From an uncultured Bacilli bacterium (GTDB taxonomy: Bacteria; Bacillota_I; Bacilli_A; RF39; UBA660), in contig CANQHE010000003.1 in assembly GCA_947623735.1 (NCBI GenBank), forward strand, positions 1 to 57,424: a stretch of DNA of 57,424 nt. The letters are read 5' to 3'. Made by a program: the position numbers and the translations under genes. How positions within the stretch are numbered: the stretch's first letter is position 1; every line of letters begins with the position of its first letter. The notes below the pieces were generated by a model, which saw only the letters and a program-made list of their open reading frames with translations, made no database searches and was not told the DNA's origin. Positions 47,858 through 56,103 of this stretch are shown here, one piece after another.

Positions 47858-48883
47858 ATGCGGAAGATAATTATTATTTTATTTCTTTTTTTACCCTTAA
47901 ATATTTATGCTGAAGACTTAAACTTTCCAGAAATCACTTCGAAATATGCGATAATTTATGATTTAACTACTGATGAAGTAATCTATGCTAAAAATGATTT
48001 TGAAGAAACGTCTATTGCTTCTCTTACAAAAATTTTAACTACGATTACCGCGCTTGAAAAAATCACCGACTTAAATGCCACTATAACGATTACCGAAGAT
48101 ATGCTAAGTGGCATTTATTGGAATGCCTCCCGGGCTGGTCTAAATATTGGCGATACAGTAACTTATGAAGATTTACTTTATGCGACTATTTTACCAAGTG
48201 GAGCCGATGCCGCCCAAGTTCTAGCTCTTTCTTTAAGCCCAAGTATTCCTGATTTTGTAAGTTCCATGAACACTTTAGCATCTTCTATTGGAATGAAGCA
48301 CTCTAACTTTGTAAATATCACCGGACTTGATGCTCTAAATCACTATAGTACCGCCTATGACTTAGCCTTATTATTAGATTATGCTTTAAAAAATCCTACT
48401 TTCAAGAAAATATTTACGACTAAAACTTATACTCTAACAAGTGGTCTAACTGTCAATTCCACTTTAAATTATTATACTGAAGAATTTGATACGAGTAGAA
48501 TTTTAGGAAGCAAAACTGGTACCACTGATGATGCTGGCCTTTGCTTATCTTCACTCTTTAACTTTTTAGACCACGAAATGGTCGTTATAACTTTAAATGC
48601 TCCTTTAAATTCTAGCCTAAATGTTGTAGATAGTTTGAGCCTCATCACTTTTTTAGATAATAATTATCAATTCCCGGAGCCTGAAATTGAATCTCCTGAA
48701 GAAGTAACCAGTGAAGAAAATATTACCGTTATTCCTTCCGAAAGTAATTCTAATACCCCTTATAATTATAGTATTTATATTCCTTTTGTTTTTCTCTTCC
48801 TTCTTTTAATCTTGTGCTTTATCTCTTTATTTAGTAAACCTAAAAAAAATAAAAGGAAAAAAACTAAAAGCCGCCATCACTAA
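47858..48883 (+). CDS. D-alanyl-D-alanine carboxypeptidase (peptidase S11, DacB/PBP5*-like) with a C-terminal TM anchor
   Basis: It has a signal peptide, SxxK (SIASLTK), an SxN-like motif (PSGAD) and KTG (SKTGTT), followed by a C-terminal helix and a basic tail. The ATG at 47858 follows the SD AGGTGG. Confidence 0.85.
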   Translation: MRKIIIILFLFLPLNIYAEDLNFPEITSKYAIIYDLTTDEVIYAKNDFEETSIASLTKILTTITALEKITDLNATITITEDMLSGIYWNASRAGLNIGDTVTYEDLLYATILPSGADAAQVLALSLSPSIPDFVSSMNTLASSIGMKHSNFVNITGLDALNHYSTAYDLALLLDYALKNPTFKKIFTTKTYTLTSGLTVNSTLNYYTEEFDTSRILGSKTGTTDDAGLCLSSLFNFLDHEMVVITLNAPLNSSLNVVDSLSLITFLDNNYQFPEPEIESPEEVTSEENITVIPSESNSNTPYNYSIYIPFVFLFLLLILCFISLFSKPKKNKRKKTKSRHH

Positions 48884-49051
48884 AAAATATCATGAAAACT
48901 AAAAAAGTTTAAATATCAAAAATCAAAGAAAGTTTTACATAATTATCGCCAATCTCAAAAAAATACTGACTTAAGTCAAAATATTTGTTATAATTAATAT
49001 GTATTAACTACTAAAATAACAACATAAGCTAAAATAAAGGAGTATGAGTTT

Positions 49052-50140
49052 ATGAATAACTATATGGAAAAAGAAGAACCCAAAAAAGATAATACCTCAG
49101 TAAGTAATGACTTAGTTACTAATGAGTATCCAGAAAATATCCCTAAAAAATCAAAAAAAGCCTTTTATCTAATCGGGATTATTATTCTATTATTACTAGC
49201 CTTTGGTATTTATCTTTTTATCAAAACTAATCTAAACCCTTTAAAAGAAGACTGGGGTAACACTTATTATGTTCATTTAAAAAACAACAAAGAGAGTATT
49301 CCTGATAAAGAGGCTAATCCCAAACTAAAATTTATTGATGTTTCCGATATTGACAATCCTGTCATGATTATGAATTATAATAAAGATACGGATAATTACA
49401 CCAATATTTATTACATAGATAATAATAAAGTAAACACTATCGTTTTTGAAGAAAATACGAATATCGAATATTTATATAATATTGAAAAAGAAACTTACGA
49501 ATATTATATTCATATTACTAAAGAAAATGAAGATGATTATAAATCTTTAAAAAATCAAATAAAGGAAAGTAAAGAACAAGCAAATATCGAAACTAATCCT
49601 GATTATACCTTTAAAAGTAATAGTGATTTAAGTTTTGACGATACCTTTATTACTCCTGAAACTAATAATGATGATTATATAAGTTTAGATAACTCTACGG
49701 ATAAATATTTAAAAGAAACTTTAGAAAAATTAATAAATGCCTATATTCCGGAAGATAAACTTTTAACTAAAGAAGAAAAAGAAGCTATTGCTTCTAAAGC
49801 CGCGGAATTAAAAGAAAAAATAAGTGCTTTACTTACTGATAATATGTTTAAATTACTAAAGGGGGTATGGCTCACTAAAGATGATAACAACACTTTAACC
49901 ATTCATGTAAATAATAAAGAATTTATCTTTGGTTGGTTTGCCTCTGAAGCTGTTATTAAAGGTCCAATGGAGGATATGAAATATGATAAAACTAAAGAAT
50001 TATTTACATTTAAAGTAAATGGAGAAGAAGTTGAAATTGATGTATCTAACATATCTAATAATGTTATTAAAATGGAACCATACACTTTTGAATATTATGC
50101 TAAAGATATGGACGAAGCTTATCAATTAATGTTTAATTAA
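49052..50140 (+). CDS. N-terminally anchored hypothetical protein
   Basis: 362 aa with one TM helix (FYLIGIIILLLLAFGIYLFI). I recognised no motifs. Confidence 0.55.
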   Translation: MNNYMEKEEPKKDNTSVSNDLVTNEYPENIPKKSKKAFYLIGIIILLLLAFGIYLFIKTNLNPLKEDWGNTYYVHLKNNKESIPDKEANPKLKFIDVSDIDNPVMIMNYNKDTDNYTNIYYIDNNKVNTIVFEENTNIEYLYNIEKETYEYYIHITKENEDDYKSLKNQIKESKEQANIETNPDYTFKSNSDLSFDDTFITPETNNDDYISLDNSTDKYLKETLEKLINAYIPEDKLLTKEEKEAIASKAAELKEKISALLTDNMFKLLKGVWLTKDDNNTLTIHVNNKEFIFGWFASEAVIKGPMEDMKYDKTKELFTFKVNGEEVEIDVSNISNNVIKMEPYTFEYYAKDMDEAYQLMFN

Positions 50141-50159
50141 AAGAAAAGGAAAATGAAAA

Positions 50160-51050
50160 ATGACCAAAAGTAAAGTATATTTTACTAAAAACATAACTAG
50201 TGAAAGTCTAGTAAAAATGTATGAGGTTTTAAATAAACCTTTGACTGGCAAAATAGCCATTAAAATATCTACTGGAGAAATGGGTGGTAATAATTATTTA
50301 AAGCCCGCTTTAATTAAAGATTTAGTTACTAAACTAAATGGCACGATTGTTGAATGTAATACCGCTTATGCTGGTAAAAGAAATACCACCGAAGACCACA
50401 AAGAAACGATTAAAGCTCATGGCTTTTATGATATTGCCGAAGTTGATATTATGGATGAAGAAGGGGACTTATCTCTTCCTCTTACTAATACAAAACATTT
50501 ACCATATAATTTAGTGGGTAAAAATTTAGCCAATTATGATGCGATGGTTATGCTCTCGCATTTTAAAGGCCATGCGATGGGAGGCTTTGGAGGAGCTCTA
50601 AAAAATATGAGTATCGGTGTTGCCTCAAGTAGGGGTAAAACTTGGATTCATACCGCGGGTAAAACATCTAACCCCAGTGAATTATGGGATAACCTACCTG
50701 AACAAAATGCATTTTTAGAATCTATGGCGGAAGCTGATAAAGCTGTAATGGAATACATGAAAGGCAATTTAGTTTATATCAATGTTATGAATAATCTATC
50801 TGTTGATTGTGACTGTGATTCTAATCCTGCTGCTCCATGTATGGCTGATATTGGTATTTTATCCAGTCTTGACCCCGTTGCTTTAGATGAAGCTTGCCTC
50901 GATTTAATATATAATAGTTCTGATACTGGCAAAGATGCGATGATTGAACGTATCGAACGTCAAAATGGTCGTTATATAACAACTTATGCTGATGATTATC
51001 TTCATATTGGGACTAAAAATTATGAATTAATTAATCTTGACGAAAACTAA
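50160..51050 (+). CDS. DUF362-domain protein (COG2768-like putative Fe-S protein)
   Basis: 296 aa. It has the N-terminal VYFT pattern, SHFKGHAMGGFGGALKNMSIG and a CDCD Cys cluster, matching the DUF362 family as remembered. Confidence 0.7.
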   Translation: MTKSKVYFTKNITSESLVKMYEVLNKPLTGKIAIKISTGEMGGNNYLKPALIKDLVTKLNGTIVECNTAYAGKRNTTEDHKETIKAHGFYDIAEVDIMDEEGDLSLPLTNTKHLPYNLVGKNLANYDAMVMLSHFKGHAMGGFGGALKNMSIGVASSRGKTWIHTAGKTSNPSELWDNLPEQNAFLESMAEADKAVMEYMKGNLVYINVMNNLSVDCDCDSNPAAPCMADIGILSSLDPVALDEACLDLIYNSSDTGKDAMIERIERQNGRYITTYADDYLHIGTKNYELINLDEN

Positions 51051-51155
51051 TCCTTATGTTAGTTAATATCTTTTAACTATAAAATTAAAAATAAAAAAGT
51101 TAAAACAAAAAACTTAGTCTCTAAAAAGATTAAGTTTTTTTAAAATTTTTAAAGT

Positions 51156-52193
51156 TTATTTTAAAAATATCGTAATTATAAGTTCAATTAAAATATTTTG
51201 GGTTTCTTTATCTAATTCTTTAAAATCTTTTATCAATTTAAATATTTCTCTTATTTTTATATCTTTCGTATCTTTTATATTATTATTTTTAAATATCATA
51301 AATAAATCATTAACTACTTTTATTCTTTTATTAATTGGTAACTCTTCTAATTTTTTAGTTAATTTATCTTCTAACACTTTACTTCTTTTATTAAGTTTTG
51401 CTCTAATAAAACCATCATTATTACATTGCCAATTAAAAGCATCATGTTGTAATATTCCTAAATTTTTAGCTTTTACCACTATATAGTCTTTCTCATGATA
51501 TAAAATCATTCCAATAATACTATGAACAGGTACATACATTTTTATTTTATTTTGGATTCTTTTATATTCTTTAGACCTAACTTGTTCTCTTAAAAAACCC
51601 GGCCCATCATTATTATATATTGCCCTTATTTTCCTTTGGTGTATCCATTTTGCATTAATGGCGGCGCATATAGCTAAATTACCACCCTTAGAGTGTCCTC
51701 CAATTCTAACTTTATGAGGTATTATTCCTAAGGCTTTATTAAAATAAACTCCCGCATACTTTTGGCTAACGCCTGGATACAAATAAGTCATTTTAAAATC
51801 TTCTTCCCATCCAATAATAGAAGTATCTGTCCCGGCATAAGCAATATAAATACTTTTATCATTAAGTAACATTGTTATCGCGGAAAATTGCATCTCACTA
51901 TTAACTACTTTCATATAATTATAAAGTAAAATATCGCCATATCTTTTTGTATTCATCATGGCCTTAAGCATTTTAAAAGTATTCGTAACAAAAAAACCTT
52001 CAATAATATCTTTTCGTTTAGCAAGTTTTTGGGTAGCTTCACTTAAAGTTATTTTTTTTCCTTTAAATCCGTTTACAATATCGGTAAAATCAATATAAGG
52101 AATTAAAGATAAAATAAGATTATCTACTTCATTAAATTTAAAAGTATTAAAATCTTCATCTTTATGGGCTTTAATAAATCCCAAAACATTCAT
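51156..52193 (-). CDS. DUF2974 (Mbeg1-like) alpha/beta-hydrolase-fold protein
   Basis: 345 aa from the ATG at 52193 (SD AGGTGA). It has the nucleophile elbow GGHSKGGNLA. Confidence 0.7.
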   Translation of the reverse strand: MNVLGFIKAHKDEDFNTFKFNEVDNLILSLIPYIDFTDIVNGFKGKKITLSEATQKLAKRKDIIEGFFVTNTFKMLKAMMNTKRYGDILLYNYMKVVNSEMQFSAITMLLNDKSIYIAYAGTDTSIIGWEEDFKMTYLYPGVSQKYAGVYFNKALGIIPHKVRIGGHSKGGNLAICAAINAKWIHQRKIRAIYNNDGPGFLREQVRSKEYKRIQNKIKMYVPVHSIIGMILYHEKDYIVVKAKNLGILQHDAFNWQCNNDGFIRAKLNKRSKVLEDKLTKKLEELPINKRIKVVNDLFMIFKNNNIKDTKDIKIREIFKLIKDFKELDKETQNILIELIITIFLK

Positions 52194-52223
52194 GTATATC
52201 ACCTAAAATAATTATATCATACT

Positions 52224-53492
52224 TTATTTAAAAACAATCCTTTTATCTTCTAATTTATACTTCACTTTATAAAATTCTCGCATTGCTTTATATAATAAAT
52301 AAGTATCATTTATCCCAATTACTTCCAAACTTGAGTGCATGGCAAGCATTGGAAGGGCAATATCAAGCGAATTAATACTCAAATGTTTTAAACTAGCTCC
52401 CGCCTGTGTTGCACCTCCACTAAAATCATTCCGCGATGTATAATAATTCCATCTAATATCATTATCATTACATATCTTTTTAAATATTGCTGAAGTAATT
52501 CCATTAGTAGTCCCATTCATCTCTTTAGTAATAAGAATTCCATCATTTAAAATAGGGGTATTAGTATGGTCTGATAATTCATCATGATTCGGATGTCTTG
52601 CATGAGTATTATCCGCACTAATAATTAGTGAATTAGCTAAAGCTTCCGTCAAATCCAGTTCCACTTTGGCACATATTCTTTTTAAAGTATCGATTAAAAA
52701 ATTTGAATCAGCCCCCTCATAAGTATTAGAACCAATTTCTTCACTATTAAAAATTGCTAAAATATTTATTCCCTCATTAAAATTATCGATAAAAGCCTTT
52801 AATGCGGCATAAGTACAAGTTAAATTATCAATTCTAGGACTCGCAATAAAATCTTTATTAATAATCGTCGGTTCTTCTGTATTATATAAAAATAAATCAA
52901 AGTCATATACTTCATCACTAGTTTTAAGTTTTTCTTCTAATAACTTTTTCAAACTATAATCTTTATCTAAACTAATAATGGGCATCAAATCAATTTCACT
53001 ATTAAGTTCTAAATTAGTATTCGCCTTATCATTCTGATGGATAGCAATCGAAGGAATAATTGCAACATTATCTTTAATATCAATTATTTCTTTTCTAATA
53101 ACATTATTATTTTTATATAAAATTCTCCCCGCGATACTAAGAGGTCTATCCATAAATCCATAATTAAGAATACCCCCATAAGGTGCAATATTAAGTTTTA
53201 AATATCCATTTTCATAATAATCGGGATTAGGTTTAATCGTAAATGCTGGGGTATCATCATGCGTACAAATAATATTAAACTGTTTTTTTATTTTTTGGGG
53301 AATATTAAAAGCAATTAAAGAAGCATCATTTCTCACCACATAATATTTATCGTAATCTAAATTCCATGTCTCTCTTTCACTTAATCTTTTATAATCATTA
53401 TCATCTAATATATCACATATCTCTTTAATACACGTAAAAGGACAAGTACCTTTCTTTAATAAATCAAGTAGTCCCTCATTAAACTCGTTCAT
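52224..53492 (-). CDS. M18-family aminopeptidase
   Basis: 422 aa from the ATG at 53492. It has the motifs SPRIDNL, NSEEIGS, DNTHARHPNH, GGATQAG and LPMLAMHS, characteristic of M18 aspartyl aminopeptidases. Confidence 0.85.
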   Translation of the reverse strand: MNEFNEGLLDLLKKGTCPFTCIKEICDILDDNDYKRLSERETWNLDYDKYYVVRNDASLIAFNIPQKIKKQFNIICTHDDTPAFTIKPNPDYYENGYLKLNIAPYGGILNYGFMDRPLSIAGRILYKNNNVIRKEIIDIKDNVAIIPSIAIHQNDKANTNLELNSEIDLMPIISLDKDYSLKKLLEEKLKTSDEVYDFDLFLYNTEEPTIINKDFIASPRIDNLTCTYAALKAFIDNFNEGINILAIFNSEEIGSNTYEGADSNFLIDTLKRICAKVELDLTEALANSLIISADNTHARHPNHDELSDHTNTPILNDGILITKEMNGTTNGITSAIFKKICNDNDIRWNYYTSRNDFSGGATQAGASLKHLSINSLDIALPMLAMHSSLEVIGINDTYLLYKAMREFYKVKYKLEDKRIVFK

Positions 53493-53594
53493 ATACTTCA
53501 CCCTTAGTATTATTTCCTAAAATAAAAAAAATAAACTATCTTTCAAGTTTAATTATTATAAAAGGTAAATGTTATTTTTATTTAACTTAAAAAA

Positions 53595-53777
53595 CTAATC
53601 TTCATCATCAAAATATATCTTAATCTCACCATTAATTTTTTCATATTCTTCAATACAACTATCAATAAGATATTCAATTTCTTTATTCATACTTCTTTTA
53701 TTTTTTTTCGCAATTTCTTTTAATTTTTCCCAAGCAATTTCATCAACTCTTATATTACTAGATATCATACTTTTCAT
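53595..53777 (-). CDS. Ribbon-helix-helix (Arc/CopG-like) DNA-binding protein
   Basis: 60 aa from the ATG at 53777 (SD AAAGGAAA). The N-terminal beta strand plus two helices (NIRVDEIAWEKLKEIAKKNKRSMNKEIEYLI) resemble Arc. Confidence 0.65.
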   Translation of the reverse strand: MKSMISSNIRVDEIAWEKLKEIAKKNKRSMNKEIEYLIDSCIEEYEKINGEIKIYFDDED

Positions 53778-53843
53778 ATTTTCTATTTCCTTTCTTAATA
53801 TCAACATTATACTATTTTAGTATCAAATCAGTATAGATATGTT

Positions 53844-53932
53844 ATAGCAACAAAATAGCAATATTTATATTGACAATATATAAAAAATCTTGTAATATTA
53901 TAATTGTAAATATAGTAACATTATGTTGCTAT
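53844..53932. promoter_or_regulatory. Divergent control region: ATAGCAA repeats (two direct, one inverted, one degenerate) bracketing a TTGACA-17-TAATAT promoter
   Basis: ATAGCAA is at 53844-53850 and 53855-53861. TTGCTAT is at 53926-53932 and the degenerate ATAGTAA at 53912-53918. TTGACA is at 53870-53875 and TAATAT at 53893-53898. Confidence 0.45.
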
Positions 53933-53948
53933 ATAAGAGGTGCTATAA

Positions 53949-55901
53949 ATGAAAAAAAATAAAAGATTGTTAATATTAGTGGGAATACTTTTAGTATTTG
54001 GCGGTTTTACTTTTGCTTATTTTGTCGGAAGAATGCTGACAGAGGGAAGTGGAGCAACCACAACAGTTACAACAGCTGAATTAAAAAACTCTAAAGTAAC
54101 AGTAACAGGTACATTAAACTTTGATTATAATGGAATGTTACCAGGACATAAAGATGTCTCAGGAATTATTGTAACCGCGACTGGTAATAATGAACTTATC
54201 CCTTATAATTTAGTATGGAAGGGTACAAATAATTTAAACACTGATTTGAAATTTACAGTATATAAAGTAAGTGAAACGATAGATGTAAAATCAAACTGTA
54301 ATCAAGTAAAGAAAACAGTAAATGGTGGCATCATGATGTATGAAGAATGTGATATAACGAATCTTTCTTCACTTGGAGAACCAATAGGAAGTGGAACAAT
54401 ATCTAAAAATAGTGTAGATACAACAGTAACACTTGCGTCAAATGAATTTATAACATCGACTTCAACTGGAGCTAAAGCTTATTATTATGTAGTATTAGAA
54501 TATCCTAACTTAAATGAAAATCAAAATCTCGATATGGGTCAAGGTTTTGAAGGAGAAGTAACAGTAGAACCATCAGATATTGAACCTGATATTAATATAC
54601 TTGCTATAAATGTATTTAACGAAGATACAGGAAAATATGAAGAAAGCCAAACAATACCAGAGGGAAATTACACTTTAAATAAAAAAAGTCAATGTAGCAA
54701 TGGAGCATTACCAAGTTGGGACAATAATAAAAAAGGATTATTTATAAGCAATTTAAAAGAAAGCGGAACAGAGTGTTATTTATTTTTTGAAAAAGAACCA
54801 ACCCCAAGTGAAAAAACCTTAGCCATATTAAAGCAATCATCACTGGGAGAAATCGGAACAATAACGGGTACTTCATGCGAAAGTAGTTGTGGAATGAGTG
54901 AAAATGGAATATATGAAGTTGAAGATGACTATGGAATAAGTTATATTTATAGAGGAACAATCGATAATAACTGGATAGTATTTGGAAAAGAAGAAAGTCA
55001 AAATTATATCTGGTGGCGAATCATTCGTATAAATGGAAATGGAACAATAAGGTTAATTTATGCTGGCACAAGTACAGATATTAAAACTGCTCCGAGCCAG
55101 CAAGGAGAAACAACCATGATAAAGCCAAGAACACAAGCAAATAATAATTATCCTTGTTCTACAAAATTTAATGAAAACTATGATGATAATACATATGTAG
55201 GATATATGACAGGAGGAAGAAGCCAATCTTCATATGAATTAACTCACACAAATGCCAATAAAAGTTCAATATTAAATGAAATTGAATATTGGTATAATAG
55301 TAATACAAATCTAAATAGTTTGGCAAAATACATAGATGTCGATACTGGATTTTGCGGCGATAGACAAGTTGATACTGCCTCAGTTTCTGGATATACGGGT
55401 AATGGTTATGGAACGCAAAAAACCGCGTATGCTTCTTGGGGAAGAGTTTATTATGGTAATTGGAAAAAAGAGCCATTACTAACATTGAAGTGTGGTTTTA
55501 ATAATAATATGATAGATAAATCTGCACGTGAAAGAGATTTGTATACTGGGCCAAATGCTAACGATAATGGAACCAAAGGAAACAATGAAGATATTGTAAA
55601 AGGGAATAATAAACTTCCCGTACCAGTAGGATTAATCACCAGTGATGAAGTAATCTATGCGGGAGGTTTTGGCGGTATAGATAACAATGGATATTGGCTA
55701 TATACTAATACGTTATACTGGACAATGACTCCATGTTATTATCCAGAACCTGATGTATTTTCTATAAGCAAAAATGGTTCTCTCGTATATACAAATGTGA
55801 GAAGTACTGAATATGGTGCCCGCCCAGTAATAAACCTTAAATCAGAGATTAAAATATCCGGTTCTGGTTTTTCAAATGACCCTTACATAGTAGAAATCTA
55901 A
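53949..55901 (+). CDS. Secreted protein with a SipW-dependent-type (TasA/camelysin-like) signal peptide and N-terminal beta-sandwich region, plus the conserved C-terminal domain shared with 26772-28385
   Basis: 650 aa. The N-terminus MKKNKRLLILVGILLVFGGFTFAYF matches the GGT.AYF signature of SipW-cognate signal peptides. It then has the CYLFFE module and the shared C-terminal domain ending ARPVINLK. Confidence 0.75.
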   Translation: MKKNKRLLILVGILLVFGGFTFAYFVGRMLTEGSGATTTVTTAELKNSKVTVTGTLNFDYNGMLPGHKDVSGIIVTATGNNELIPYNLVWKGTNNLNTDLKFTVYKVSETIDVKSNCNQVKKTVNGGIMMYEECDITNLSSLGEPIGSGTISKNSVDTTVTLASNEFITSTSTGAKAYYYVVLEYPNLNENQNLDMGQGFEGEVTVEPSDIEPDINILAINVFNEDTGKYEESQTIPEGNYTLNKKSQCSNGALPSWDNNKKGLFISNLKESGTECYLFFEKEPTPSEKTLAILKQSSLGEIGTITGTSCESSCGMSENGIYEVEDDYGISYIYRGTIDNNWIVFGKEESQNYIWWRIIRINGNGTIRLIYAGTSTDIKTAPSQQGETTMIKPRTQANNNYPCSTKFNENYDDNTYVGYMTGGRSQSSYELTHTNANKSSILNEIEYWYNSNTNLNSLAKYIDVDTGFCGDRQVDTASVSGYTGNGYGTQKTAYASWGRVYYGNWKKEPLLTLKCGFNNNMIDKSARERDLYTGPNANDNGTKGNNEDIVKGNNKLPVPVGLITSDEVIYAGGFGGIDNNGYWLYTNTLYWTMTPCYYPEPDVFSISKNGSLVYTNVRSTEYGARPVINLKSEIKISGSGFSNDPYIVEI

Positions 55902-55970
55902 TTAATCTTGCCAGTAGTGCTTTTATTATCTATTGGCAAGTAGACCAATCCTTACGGTCTATCTTAACGA

Positions 55971-55993
55971 GTAGAGTTTAATCTCTACTTTTT
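55971..55993 (+). terminator. Rho-independent terminator after the 650-aa gene
   Basis: GTAGAG-TTTAAT-CTCTAC followed by T5. It is preceded by two further hairpins at 55907-55940 and 55941-55961. Confidence 0.6.
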
Positions 55994-55995
55994 AA

Positions 55996-56076
55996 ATCGT
56001 ACAAAATTGCAAAAAAAGTAAAAAAAGTACGATGCATCGTACAAAATTTGACAAGTTTAAAAAAAAGTATTATAAT
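55996..56076 (+). promoter_or_regulatory. Promoter TTGACA-17-TATAAT preceded by a 16-bp perfect palindrome and a direct ATCGTACAAAATT repeat
   Basis: ATCGTACAAAATT is at 55996-56008 and 56036-56048. The palindrome GTACGATGCATCGTAC is at 56027-56042. TTGACA is at 56048-56053 and TATAAT at 56071-56076. Confidence 0.5.
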
Positions 56077-56103
56077 TAACATATATTAAAGGAAGGAAAC
56101 TAT

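Noticed and set aside
29598-49903. Other short nested ORFs: 29598(-), 35928(-), 40482(+), 40715(-), 41131(-), 41387(-), 44693(-), 45800(-), 46358(-), 47531(-), 47647(+) and 49903(-).
   Set aside because: All overlap longer ORFs that have recognisable domains or better start signals, and none has an SD or a recognisable motif.
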